Shown here: positions 37,647 through 51,076 of the stretch, in pieces | Layout: every line of letters starts with the position of its first letter | Position numbering within the stretch: position 1 is the first letter of the stretch | Translations under genes and position numbers: made by a program | Assembly: GCA_964016885.1 (NCBI GenBank) | Contig: OZ024743.1 | Span: forward strand, 2,232,001-2,296,000 | DNA length: 64,000 nucleotides | DNA from: Eledone cirrhosa | Taxonomy: Eukaryota | Reading direction: 5' to 3' | Notes under the pieces: generated by a model | Told to the model about the DNA's origin: nothing | Database searches by the model: none | The model's input: only the letters and a program-made list of their open reading frames with translations

Positions 37647-39864
37647 TTTTTATATAAAATTATAATGGAGGGTGTTTCCATAAATATAAACACTTTAATC
37701 ATAAATATAAATGCTTTGTATCATAAAACTAAAGTTGGTTTCAGCTGGGTTAGTATTGAAAGGTTTTTAATTTTCACAAATTTTTTATATGTTTCTCTGT
37801 GTGTAAAATTAAAAGCATATCAAACAAATTATTTTTCTCTGCATAAAATTAGGTCATTACATAGATATATAATAAGCATAGAATAATATATATAAACAAC
37901 AGAGTGTGTGCATGCAAGGTCATTTCATAGCTATATGATAAATTAAGAATACTATATACAACATAGTTTGTGCATGCTAGACTTATATGATTGCTGATAT
38001 GGAAAAGAAACAGTTATGTGAAATGCAGTCTAAGAAAATATGAGTGATTATATTACTGTAGTCAGTGGTATCCAATATAAACAAGACATTGCCAACATTC
38101 TGCCAGAGGGCTTTCATCCTTCCGGAGTTGATAAAATAAAATACCAGTTATGTACTGGGTTGATTTAACTAAGTTTGCCCTTCCCTATATTTGCTGGCCT
38201 AGTGCCTAAATTAGAAACTAACATTCTGCCAGGAGACTACAAAGAACTATCATACAAAAACATAGTTAGTGCTATGTAGACACCACGAGTCCAACTTAAA
38301 ATAATTTGCTATCAACATGAGCTTCAGCCAAGTGTGTAAAACCAGTGACTGCCAAATGTGTTTCACACCCACAAAATTCATTACATTCTTCTTCTCTTCC
38401 TTCTCATCCTCCTTTCTTCTTCAGTTCCTTTTGCTCCCCATGGAACATTCAACGATGAGAGATCTCCATTCCACATGGCTGCAAGCCTTCTCATAGGCCT
38501 GCTCCCAGGCCAGGTATCTACTCGTTATTTCTGTACAAATTTTGATTAATGGAGGTAAGGTTGTTAGACTTGCGCTCCATCCCTCCACCCTTCTAAACAC
38601 AGATTGAAAACTAACCTATCATTTCAAAGTCAGGGTAGAGGTCTGTAACCCTAGATACATTCCAGATACTGCCAGCTGAATCTGAGACTCAAATAACTTT
38701 ATTCTATTTTCAAATGAACATTATATAACACTATGTCTAGTATAGAAATAACATTTCTTTAAATTGTTTCACTCTACTTTCAAAGAGACAGTGGGTAATG
38801 ATACATCCAACTTGGGAATAATATATCTTTAAAATCCTGGTATTAATTTTTTAAATAATGTATCTTTAAATTGTTTGGTATTAATTTAATGTTTCTTCAA
38901 ATCATTTTATTCTATTTTTAAAGCAACGATAGATAACGTTATTTCAATATTTGACCTTCATTACAAAATGGTTCCAAGAATTTAAGAGTTGCATGTACCT
39001 AGTTTAGAATAGGTACACTGCATTCTTGTATGTATATAGTTTAGAATAGCTACACCATAACTCTGTGTGTATATAGTTTAAAATAGCTACACCTTATCTG
39101 TGTGCATCTGGTTTAGAATAGGTACACTATCCCTGCATGTATCCAGTTAACAATAGGTACACTGTATCCCTGTGTGTTGTAAGAAGTGACTAAAAGTGTT
39201 GGTGTCAGGGACGGTATCGACCTGTAAAACACTACTTCAAAAAGTCTTGTCCAACCCATACCAGCATGGAAAAGTCAACATCAAAATTATTATCTAAATG
39301 TGATGGTAGTTATGATGATGGCGGTAATAATGGTGATGATGGTGGTATTCATGGTGGCAGTGGTGGTGATGACATCTTGCTCAGAAGCTCAATATGGTAA
39401 CAAAAGGGTTAAACATATTTATCCAAATATAAGGGACAAAGCCAACAATTTTTTGGAGAAGGGGGAAAGCAGATTATATCAACCTCAGTACTTAACTGGT
39501 ACTTTATTTTATGAAATTCAGAAGGATGAACAGCAAAGTTTACCTCAGAGAGATTTAAACTCTGGATGTAATGAGTGGTAACTAAATACTGCAAAGCATA
39601 TTGTCCAACACTCTAACAATGCTGCCAATCAAGATATAATGAGCAATTTAGTGAAATACTAGAATGTATCTCACTATGACAGGCATTATCTTAACAGTAA
39701 CAGAAAATAGAAGAATAATGCCAAATAAGACAGATAGAACAAATAGAAGATTGTACTAATGGGATCTTCTCTACACATGACAATGAAAAGCCCATCAAAT
39801 GTCATCCATAGATTAAAACTAAAACAGCTCCAGTTTCAGATATTCCTGTCATAAAGAGTAATGG

Positions 39865-40612
39865 CAATAAAATAATAATAACAATAATAATTGTTTCTAC
39901 TTTAGGCACAAGGCCAGCAATTATCCAGTACATTACTGGTACTTTATTTTATCGACCCCGTAAGGATGAAAGGCAAAGTCAACCTCGGCGGGATTTGAGG
40001 TTGACTTTATAATAATAACAATAATAATGATTTATTTATTTATTTATAATAATAATTGTTTCTACTTTTGGCACAAGGCCAGCAATTACCCCAGTGCATT
40101 ACTGGTGCTTTATTTTATCGACCCCCATAAGGATGAAAGGCAAAGTTGACCTCGGAGGATTTAGGCACAAGGCCAGCAATTTTAGAGGCAGGGAAAGTCG
40201 ATGAAATCGCCCCCAGTGTATTACTAGTACTTTATTTTATTGACCCCCATAAGGATAAAAGGCAAAGTTGAATTCAACAGGATTTGAACTCATAACATAC
40301 AGAGTCAGAACAAATGCTGTTAAGCATTTGTGTGACCCTCTAATGATTTGGCCAATTCACTGACATTTCAACAATATTAATAATGATAATTATTATTATT
40401 TTCTACTTTAGGCACAAGGCCAACAATTTTTGGGGAGGAGAAAGTCAATAATATCAACCCCAGTGCATTACTGGTGCTTTATTTTATCCACCCTGTAAGG
40501 ATGAAAGGCAAAGCTAACCTCTCCAAGATTTGAACTCAGAATGTAAAAGGCCAGAACAAATACCACAATGGTGTTTTATTTGACACTCTACCAATTCTGC
40601 TAATCTGCCTCC
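39865..40612 (-). mobile_element. Stack of four SINE copies
   Basis: Repeated (AAT)n-tgtttctactttaggcacaaggccagc units at ~39890, 40055, 40160 and 40400. Confidence 0.88.
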
Positions 40613-42574
40613 TTTTAGTTCTATGATGTAAAAAGGTTTGTTTAAAAATGTTTGTATTTATCTAAAGGCCTTCCATCATAATTTTATTTAAGAACGTTCA
40701 TTAAGTTATGTATGGTTCAAACACAAATTTCATAATGAGAAAGTTAGATTATTAAAAGCCCTTCAAATTCTTGATTAGTTTCAAAATCATTTGAAAATTA
40801 TAAGCAATGCCTTTCATGAGAAATATGTTAAGGAAAGGGTTAAGACAGTCCACTTATACTACTAAATGTTATGCCTGGCAGTCAATGATGAAAGTGATTT
40901 AGTAAAATAATTAAATTTCTCATTATTAACCCTTTTGATACCAACCTGCCAAAAACCACTCCCGCTTCTATGAAACAAAAACAACCATTTTTAAAGAGTT
41001 ATCTTATAGATTAAAATCTAATCTATATAAAATACTATTTTAATAATAAAATAATTAAGAAATTTAATAATTCCCCCAAAATTTTTAGAAACAAATGGGT
41101 TAAGCTGGTTTTAGGAATATAATTCGATGAAGGTTTTTACATAGACTTATGATGGACGGTGTTTAAATAAATATAAACATCCTGAATTAAACAGTTTTGA
41201 ATCATAGAACAAGGGATATCCATTACATGTGTGTAAGCATGGGCCTGTAATTCCTGAAGGAATGATAGGGGTACTGTAGCGACATAGTGTTTCTAGGGCA
41301 TTTTTAAACCTGGCAGAGCCCACCCCCTCTCCAGGTCTGAATACAGCAGATTTCTTCCAGAGAATGATAGAGAATGAGAAAGAGATATAGAGGAACAATC
41401 AACCTCAGTACTTGACTGGTATTTCTTTTATCGACCTCGAGTAGATGAAAGGTAAGTTAACCTCTGCTCAAAGAGCCAAAACGAATTCTGCAAAGCATTC
41501 TATCTGATGTTCTAATGACTGCCAATTCGCTACCTCTGTCATATGTAAGTTGGTATCAAATAGTTAAGTTTGGTATTTGCAACATAATAAAGGTTCTTGC
41601 ATAGAATTATGATGGAAGGATTGTAAATAAATATCAACACTTTTAAACAAACAGTTTTGTATCATAGAACCAGGGACGCTTTCAAGCAATTTGGTATCAA
41701 AAAGGTTAGAACAATGAGTTTTTTTATCATAGAACCAGGGCTGATTTTAGACAGCTTGGTATCAAAAGCAGTAATACAAACAGTTTTGTATCATGAAACC
41801 AAGGGCAGTTTCAGGCGGTTTGGTATTTAAAGGGTTAACCAATATCTGCCAAATTTATCTTTATAAACAGACCCATCATTGTGTCTTTTCATGACAAACA
41901 CCATAATCCAGTCCTTGAGGCTTCACAAATTAGGAAAAAAACAAAAACAAATAACAAAATTCAGTACATTCATTAAGTTCTCCTACACTAGGGATCAATT
42001 GTGTAAATCTCCTAATTAAACACTGCAGTTCAACAGACTAGTGATGTGATAGATAAACAACAACAACAGCAGCAGCAACACTATTGCCCACAGCCTGCAT
42101 TAAACCTTATCTGCTAACCTAATTAATATTTTAGCTATATGCTGCTGCAGATGCTGCTGTTGCTGCAAATGTTGTTGCTGCTGCTATTGCTGCAGATGCT
42201 GCTATTTTTTGCTGTTTATCAATCTCTGAACAGCTGGTAATGTAAATGCTGTTGACATTGTTGCTGCTGTTCTTGCTGTTTATCATTCTCTGAACAGATG
42301 TTGATGCAACTGTAATTATTGTTGCTTATGTTCTTTCTAATTGAATACCCTAGTTATTATCCAATAAAATATGCTAAGCACACACACACAATTAATATGC
42401 AAGTGGTTGAGTATTCCACAGACTGTATACCAGTAAAGCAGTTCCCAGAGAGATTCAACATGACATGACACAGTGTGTGACATTATAGATACTGATTTTT
42501 CCCAAGTCATAACTAAATAGTTCTTCCTAATATTAGCATAATGTTTCTAAAACAGGATTTTTTTTCTTTACAGG

Positions 42575-42990
42575 CCAGGTTGTAAGGACAACAAAGAAGA
42601 TGCAGCAGAAGATCCAGACATTCTTCATTCTTCAGCACCTGTCTGAGGCACATCTACCACATCAAATGGCCAGAGAAGATCAGAAACGGAGATCTGTGAT
42701 AGTAAGTAGGACAGGAACCAGTGACAAAGCAGATTCTGCAGAGGAAGTGAAGCTGAATTGGACATACATTCAGGAAACCAGAATCCAACACCACACACCA
42801 AGCCTTGACCCGGAACCCACAGGGTAAAAGGAAATGAGACCAGCCCCGCGGCAGCTGAAGGCGTGACACTGAGGCTGAATAAAGAAAACTGGAAGCCAAC
42901 TGAAGTGGAGTGGCAAGAGCAGCCCAGGATCATGTACAATGGTAGAGGGTCATCAATGGCCTATGCTCCACAGAGAGAGATGTGACTGAA
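42575..42990 (+). mobile_element. Decayed RTE LINE 3' fragment
   Basis: IKWPEKIRN...WIGHTFRKPESNTTHQALTRNPQGKR-like segments across frameshifts. Confidence 0.75.
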
Positions 42991-42994
42991 TGAA

Positions 42995-43798
42995 ATATTA
43001 GCACAAGGCCAATCTTTTTTTTTGGGGGGGGGGGGGTTATATCAACCTTAATACTTAACTGGTTAACTGGTGCTTTATTTTATTGAAGGATGAGAAGCAA
43101 AACTGGTTGGCTCTGCGGGATTTGAATGAAGAAAGTTGTAGCTAAATACTGCAAAGCATTTTGCCTGATGCTCTACTGATACTGTCAATCTACCACCCTA
43201 CATAACTTCTGATTTAGACACAAAATCAGCAATTTGTGGGGAAGGAGGAAGTTAATTATATCAACTCAAATACATGACTGGTACTTTATTTTATTGAACC
43301 TGGAGTAATGAAAGATAAAAATTAATTTTGGTGGGATTTGAATTCAGAATGTAAATAGTCAGAACAAATACCACAATGGCATTTTAGCCGATACTCTACC
43401 AATTCTGCCAACCCATCACCCTAATAATAATGATGATGATGATTTCTACTATAGGCAGAAGGCCAGCAATTTTGGCGGAGGGAAAAGTGGATTAAATCGA
43501 CCCCCAGTGCTGACTGGTACTTTATTTTATTGACCCCATAAGGATGAAAGGCAAAGCTAACCTCAGTGCGATTTGAACTCAGAACGTAAAGGGCAATAAT
43601 TCTATACCACAAAGCATAGTGCCCGACGCTGCCAATACATAATAATAATAATGATGATTTCTAATCTAGGCACAAGGCCAGCAATTTTGGGGAACAGAAA
43701 ATCGATTAAATCGACTCCAATGCATTACTGGTGATTTATTTATCAACCTTGTAAGGATGAAAGGCAAAGCTAACTTCAGTGGAATTTGAACTCAGAAT

Positions 43799-43800
<2 letters not shown>
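42995..43800 (-). mobile_element. Stack of four SINE copies
   Basis: Copies begin at ~42997, 43205, 43440 and 43655; the last is truncated at a (TAA)n tract. Confidence 0.85.
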
Positions 43801-43852
<52 letters not shown>

Positions 43853-43898
43853 AAGAAGAAGAAGAAGAAGAAGAAGAAGAAGAAGAAGAAGAAGAAGA

Positions 43899-44977
43899 TA
43901 TTGACTATCTACAATATGTTCCACAAGAGGATGATGTCGATAGACTCTACTTAAAGAGATCTGAAGGTGGAAGAGGTCTTATCAGCATAGAGGACTGTGT
44001 TCAGATGGAGAAAAATAACCTGCACAAATACATGACTGACAGTAGGGAGCCAATGCTCAAAATTGCACTGAAGGAGAAGACAATAGACCAGGGGATGTCC
44101 AAGGAGGAAATATCAACAAGGAGGAAGAGCAACCTTCATGAAAAATCCCTTCATAGTACCTTCTTTAAGAAAACTGAATTTAGAGATCCACAGACATGGA
44201 ACTGGTTAAAAAGAGGAGACCTTAAAAAAGCTACAGAAGGAATGCTAATAGCTGCGCAAGAGCAGAAGTAGGTGAAACACCATATTTACAAGGAGGAGGC
44301 TAGCCCACTGTGTAGGATCTGTGGAGAGAGAGAGGAGACTGTGGCTCACATTGTATCCGAGTGTAAACACCTATTCAGACTCACTATAAAGGCTGGAGAC
44401 ATGATGTGATAGGCAGGGTGATCCACTGGCACCTATGCAAAGTAAACAATTTACCACATTCTGAGAAGTGGTATGAGCATAAGCCAGAATCGGTGATAGA
44501 AAACGATCAGGTGAAGGTGCTATGGGATTTTAGGATACAGACGAACAAGAAACTGGAACACAATAGACCTGACCTGGTGGTTTTTGACAAGGAAAAAAGA
44601 TTGTGCCTGATTGTAGATGTAGCCTGCCCATTTGACACGAGAGTGCAAGAAAAGGAGAGGGAGAAAATTAACCGATACCATGATTTAAAGTGGGAGTTAA
44701 AAAGGATTTGGAACTGCCATGAAATCAAGGTTGTCCCGATTGTCATAGGCGCTCTAGGTACTATCTCAAACAGTTTCCAAGGATGGTTAAAGAAGATTAG
44801 TCCAGCCCCGCTTTTTGGAACACTTCAAAAAGCATGCTTGCTGGGAACAGCAAGAACCCTCCGATACGTCCTGAATATCTGAGGCTGCAGGTAGCGGCTT
44901 GATATTCATTTCAACAAACTTTCCAGTTAAATAACATCAATGACTGAGACTCAAAGAACAATAATAATAATAATAAT
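43899..44977 (+). mobile_element. 5'-truncated R4/Dong-like non-LTR retrotransposon with CCHC finger and restriction-like endonuclease
   Basis: DVDRLYLKRSEGGRGL, TEGMLIAAQEQ, CRIC...ETVAHIVSEC, RHD, LWDFRIQT...NRPDLVVFDK...IVDVACP...EKINRY...VVPIVIGALG. Preceded by (TAA)n(GAA)n and followed by (AAT)n. Confidence 0.9.
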
Positions 44978-45614
44978 ATACATTATTCTAGTAGTGTGAC
45001 TCATTAAAAGATAGCTGTGAAGTAAACAAAAGATGTCTGAAATAGAATTAAGAAATTCTCTTTGTGTTTCTTGTGAGTGATTAGTAAAAAGATTTGTCAC
45101 AATAAAACTATTTTAATTACCACAGCCTATAAATTTTTTTCTTCTGGGAAAAACAATCAAAAATTCAACTGAAACAAAACAACATTCGGTATGTATTTAA
45201 ACTAAACTCCTGACTTCCTTGGTGAACTTGACAGAACAGAAAAATACCTACAGTTATGGCTGTGTGGTTAAAGAGTTCACTTCGAAACCACGTGATCCTG
45301 GGTTCAGTTACACTGTGCAGAAAATTATGCTATTGGATTGACCAAATACCTTGTTAGAAACTGGATGCATTTTATAGTGGCACCCAGTGTATGAAAATGA
45401 ATGTAACTGAAATGCAGAACCCTGACATGTCAGAGAGATCAGTAGCTTTGAGGCAGGGGGTAAGGGAGAAATTCAGACTGTTTAACATAGGAACTTATGA
45501 ACACATACAAAAAAAAAGTATGATGGAAAGTTTTTAGATAAATATAAAACATTTTCAGCCTTATATCACAAAACCAGGGGGCAGTTTCAAGGGGTTTGGT
45601 AATAAAAAGGTTAA

Positions 45615-45823
45615 CTCTTTAGCATTTACATTACTCTATGTTTATCATTGTATTTTCACGGTAAAAGGCTTTATCTCATATAATATCGAATCTATGAGAT
45701 TTTGATATTATTTGTTTTGAGCACAATACCTTAACGTCAGTATGAGTGGCCGGTTATGGCCGGTTTGAACAGAAAGAGGTGAGAGAATTCTGGCCGGATA
45801 CAGCCGGTTTAAATGCTAAAGAG
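45615..45823. mobile_element. piggyBac-type MITE family A with TTAA TSD
   Basis: TTAA|ctctttagcattta...taaatgctaaagag|TTAA. Confidence 0.88.
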
Positions 45824-45992
45824 TTAAATAAGTTTCATTGTTGATATTTTTACAGGTAAAATGTCTTTATTTCTCTGACAATCCTGTGCAATCTAACCCT
45901 CTTTTTCCCCCTTCCCCTTTTCTCATTATTTAATTTTTTTTCTCTTCCTGGTTATCATTTTAATCCGTTTTTAAAACTACTTCCATTATTGT

Positions 45993-46152
45993 AGGACGCC
46001 ATGCTTTCCAGCATAGTTACGTCCCTTTACGATCTGAGTTCAAACCCCGCTGAGGTTGACTTTGCCTTTTATCCTTACGGGGTCGATAAAATAAAGTACC
46101 AGTAATGCACTGAGTAATTGCTGGCCTTGTGCCTAAAGTAGAAACAATTATT
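45993..46152 (+). mobile_element. Young short-form SINE
   Basis: B-box gagttcaaaccc, core and gtagaaacaattatt tail. Confidence 0.88.
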
Positions 46153-47021
46153 GTATATATCATTTCACCAATAAATGCACCATCTTTATCCAATCATATA
46201 TACTCTTTATATTTCACTATTTTTAAGATTGTCCACTTCATAATATAACTATAACATTATGTAAGCCAGTGTGATGGAAAATTAAGTTAGTCGTTCAATC
46301 TGTTCAATATGACAGAAACATTTACACCAAATCTGTAAACAACTTTCAAAACTGGCACCATATGTTTCAAGTTCAGAACCTCAAACAGTATGCTACTTTG
46401 TAATCAAGAGATGATGATGATAAAGTGTCTAACAAAATTACAAATATACGTCCTACTTAAACTTACCCCTTCTTACCAGCAGAGTAAACTGAATTTGTCA
46501 ACATATGGTCTATCATTATTTCCTATCAGAACACTTCCCACAGATTGTATGTTCCACAAAACTAGTGCTTAGATTCTGTTTCCATACCATTAACTCTCTT
46601 GATATCAAACTGCCTGAAATTGTCCTTGGTTCTATGATAAAACAGCTTATTTTTAAAGGTTTATATTTATCTAAAAGCCTTCCATTATAATTTTATGTAA
46701 GACCAATTGCTAACTTATGCTGCAAACACCAGATTAACAATAAGTAAATTAGATATATTACAAAAGCCCTTGAAATTCTTGAACATTTTCAAATATTTGT
46801 TAATTAAAAAGCCATAGGTAATGTCTTTCATTAGAAATAATTTTTTAAAAAGTAGAAGCAAATCTGCCATCATATATCACACAAATAGGGATTTAATTCA
46901 ACAGAATAAAAACTAAAAACTACAGCCATTAATACACATAATTCGTGAATAAGACATTCAGTTAATTGAAAGACTGAATGTTCATTGTTGACATCAAGTG
47001 AGGGTCCATAGTAGATTAAAC

Positions 47022-47170
47022 AGAACAGACTGTAGTACATAGATTTTCATAGCAAAGTAGCCTCCATCATATAGAACTGGCTGTAGTACATAGGTTATCA
47101 CAGCAAAGCAACCTCCAACATATAGAATAGACTGTAGTATATAGGTTATCACAGCAAAACAGCCTCCAGC
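47022..47170. repeat. 51-bp tandem repeat x3
   Basis: agaacagactgtagtacataggttatcacagcaaagcaacctccaacatat. Confidence 0.85.
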
Positions 47171-47937
47171 TAACAAGATCTTGGATTTAAAGAGACAGCT
47201 TTAGAAATAAAGAATGTTTGTTTATAGAAACATATTAAAATTGAAAAAGATTATTGTAAGAAACTGATTTAATGTCTTGAACATTTTAAAACTGACAAGT
47301 CCCCTCTCCCCATCTCCCTATGTCTGAGTATGAACACACCTGATTTCTTTCAGAGACAGAGAGTGAGGGTGATAGAGAAGAAGTGAGAAAGAGATATAGA
47401 AGAAAAATGAACTCTAGTAAATAGACTGATACTTTTTTTTTTAGCAACCTTGAAAGGATGAAAAATAAAGTTGACCTTGGTGGAATTTTAACTCAGGGTG
47501 CAGAGAGTTGGAACAAATACTGCAAAGCATTCTATTCAATGTTTTAATGTTTCTATGTTTCTATCAATTTGCCACCTAATATCACAATATCTTCTCACAA
47601 AATTAGTCTTCCATATCAATTGTCTTTCATTGTTGGTTAAGACAGTATATGCAAATGTATGAATATAAGCTGTATATACAGGTATGTACATGAGAATCTA
47701 TGTGTGTGTATGAGTGGTTGTACTAAACTCTATATATTTGATAAGTGGTTGTATGTGAGTCAATATATTTGTGCATCAGTATGTGAGTATATATGCATGT
47801 GAGTCTTTAAATGTGTGTATGAGTGGTTGTATGTTAGTCTATACATGTGTATATGTGTATATCTGATTGTATGTGAGTTTATATATGTGTATGAACGATT
47901 GTATGTAGGTCTATGTATGTGTATGATTGTATGTGTC

Positions 47938-47973
<36 letters not shown>

Positions 47974-48204
47974 CGTGTATGTCTATATATATATATATGT
48001 GTGTGTGTGTGTCTATATATATATGCGTGTGGGGGGGGGGGTGAGTCTACAGATATGTGTATGGGTAACTACAAGTGAATCTGTATGTCAAAGTTTCTTT
48101 TACATGATTAATGTCTACATAGTCAGTGAGTTGACACGCGTCATCTCAGATGTCTCAGGTCATCCTAATGTAAAATGATGTTAACCACCACCACCCAACC
48201 AATC

Positions 48205-48465
48205 ATGACCAGGCTCAGGACTATAAACACTATGACCAGACACTTAGAGTTAGGCACACAAACCAGACATATGGCATTAAACACCTTGACCAGATATGTA
48301 GCTTTAGACACCAAGACTAGACCTGGGGCTTTAAACACCATGAACAGACCTGTGGCTTTAAATATCCAGACCAAACATTGGGCTCTAAACACCATGGCCA
48401 GACCTGGGTGGGGCTTTAAACACCAAGACTCAACCTGGGGATTTAAACACCCAGGCTAGACATGT
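48205..48465. repeat. 27-bp diverged tandem repeat, ~9 units
   Basis: accagacmtrtggctttaaacaccatg; gives 9-aa periodicity in ORF 48175-48459. Confidence 0.8.
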
Positions 48466-49082
48466 AGTCGTGTGTTTATTTGTATTTATTCATACCAAGC
48501 TTCCCAGCATTGGCTGTGTGTGTCTGTACATGTGCATGCATATGTGTGCATGAGAGAACAACAAAGAGAAAGAGAGAGAGAGAGACAGACAAACAAAGGT
48601 AGACAAAGAACAAGAGAGAGAGAGAGAGAGGGGAGGAGGAGGAGGAATTAGAGAGAGAGAGAATTAGAAAAGCTATGCTGCATGCTGAAATAATCAAATA
48701 AAATAAATTTTAAAAAATACAAAAATTAAAATGAGAACCTTCAAAAGAAATGTTATTGAGTGAAGCTGGCAATTTTCTTAAGAAAAATATAATTAATAAT
48801 ATCAGAAGAAGAAATATATATAAATAGATAAACAACAACAACAACAACAACAATACATCTTGAAACAAACAAGTGAAGACTTAGATTGCTTTAAATATTG
48901 AAAACCATTTCAGTTGTTTGTTCTAAGCCGCTAGAATAAACTGTCCTTGACACAATTCTCCAAAACAGATTCTTATGTCAAGAAGTTGGTAAAATAAATA
49001 ACATCACAATTCCAATATAATTTTTGGAGAAATATCAAGACAGTGCTAACTAAAACAGTAATAGATCCAATGAAATATATAT

Positions 49083-49510
49083 ATATATATCTTAAGCTAG
49101 TTTACTTCAATGATATTATATAAGAGTGACATCCAGCAACATATATATCTTAAGCTAGTTTACTTCAATGATATTACATAAGACTTATGTCAGTGACATC
49201 CAGCAACATATATATCTTAAAGCTAATTACTTCAATGATATTACATAAGACTTATGTCAGTGACATCCAGCAACATATATATCTTAAGCTAGTTTACTTC
49301 AATGATATTACATAAGAGATATGCCTGTGACATCCAGCAACATATATATCTTAAAGCTAGTTACTTCAATGATATTACATAAGACTTATGTCAGTGACAT
49401 CCAGCAACATATATATCTTAAAGCTAGTTACTTCAATGATATTACATAAGAGATATATATCTTATACAAAAGAGTTATGCCTGTGACATCCAGTGACATA
49501 TATATCTTAA
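49083..49510. repeat. 67-bp tandem repeat, ~6 units
   Basis: atatatatcttaagctagtttacttcaatgatattacataagacttatgtcagtgacatccagcaac at 49141, 49208 and onward. Confidence 0.92.
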
Positions 49511-49731
49511 CCCTTTAGCATTTAAACCAGCCACATCCAGCCAGAACTCTCTCACCTTTTTCTGTTCAAACTGGCTGTAACTGGCCGCTCATACCTACAT
49601 TAAGTTATTGTTCTCAAAATAAATAACATCAAAATCTCATAGATTCGATATTATGTGAGATAATTATGTAAGATAAAGCCTTTCCTGTGAAAATACAATA
49701 GTAAATATAGAGTAATGTAAATGCTAAAGGG
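49511..49731. mobile_element. piggyBac-type MITE family A with TTAA TSD
   Basis: TTAA|ccctttagcattta...taaatgctaaaggg|TTAA, interrupting a 67-bp repeat unit. Confidence 0.92.
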
Positions 49732-49780
49732 TTAAAGTTAGTTTACTTCAATGATATTACATGTGATATGTTGACATATA

Positions 49781-50347
49781 TCGTATATATTCGCGTATAA
49801 GCCAAAGATATGTAATTTCTAAAAAATCAATGATAAAATGGTAGAGTAGACATATTCGAGATCAATATTTTGCCAATTTTCACCAATTTCAACTTCTACA
49901 TAAAAAAATAGTGCCAAAATAATTGCTTTATAATAAAACCCTGTTTTACTACATTTTCGAAGTATTTTTATAGAATATTTTAGTACACAGTCTTTAGTTA
50001 TGTTTTCATTTCTCTCAACATGTGAGTGGCTAGAAGTAAACAAAAACCTGAGAAACTTGTTGAAATTTTATAAAACAGATGAAATGGTAAAATATCATTA
50101 CATAATGAAGTTGTGAAACAAAATTTATACTTTAAACAACACATTAAAATATTTTAGACATCAAAATATTAAAACTTCAAAATATTCTCCACAAATGGGA
50201 ATTTACAAAACTGCACCATCTAAACATAATGTATCGATCAGGTGTGTTTGCTTATACACGGGTGGGGTTTAGATGTTTGTCTATTTCTCAGACATAAAAT
50301 AGGGGGTCAGCTTATATTTGGATCTACTGCTACTCAAGTATATATGG
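49781..50347. mobile_element. Non-autonomous Tc1/mariner (pogo/Tigger-like) element
   Basis: Degenerate TIRs cgtatatattcgcgtataagc / gctactcaagtatatatgg, subterminal cttatacacggg motifs, TA flank. Confidence 0.6.
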
Positions 50348-50736
50348 CATATCTTGAAGCTAGTTTACTTTGTTAGTGACATATATATCTTATATTACAC
50401 ATCCTCACTATATTACATATATGTTAAGTCAAGACACTTTACACTTCAAACTGACAATGTCTTCATATTTTGACAGAAAGGAAATCCCTATTAACACTTC
50501 TCAGCAGCAACAGCAATTACAGTGACAGAGATTTGAATACAAAAAAGGAAAGGAAGTCACCAGATCAGACATAAGAAATAATGTTTTCATTGATCTTTCC
50601 ATGGTAGAATGAGTAACATGAAATAAAGTATTTTGCTCCAGAACAAAACCACTGGTCAATCCAAGAATAGAAACAACGACCTTATGATCATGAATCAAAT
50701 ACCTTAACCCTGTGCCTCCCTTTTTTCATATATATA

Positions 50737-50950
50737 TCATCATCATCGTTTAACGTCCACGCTTGCATGGGTTTGGACGGGAGTTTTCCCACTTGAGGCA
50801 AGAGTGGTTGTCTTGCTCACATAGGACTGTCTGGCGGGTTTTCTACGGCTGGATGCCCTTCCTAACACCAACCACGTTTACAGTGTGGACTGGGAGGTTT
50901 TTACCGTGTTACCTACACGCCACATTACAGCGTGGACTGTGTGTTTTTTT
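50737..50950 (-). mobile_element. RTE LINE 3' UTR/tail, inverted relative to the adjacent LINE
   Basis: 50885-50950 is the reverse complement of 52955-53022; (CAT)n tail at left. Confidence 0.8.
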
Positions 50951-51076
50951 GTCGTGACAATATATATATATATATTGCTAGATTTGTGTCTACTTATACT
51001 CAAATATATATGGCATATCTTGAAGCTAGTTTACTTTGTTAGTGACATATATATCTTATATTACACATCCTCACTA

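Noticed and set aside
42050-42310. PolyQ/polyA coding exon from CAG/CTG runs
   Set aside because: Short interrupted triplet tracts without a sustained ORF or clear splice boundaries.
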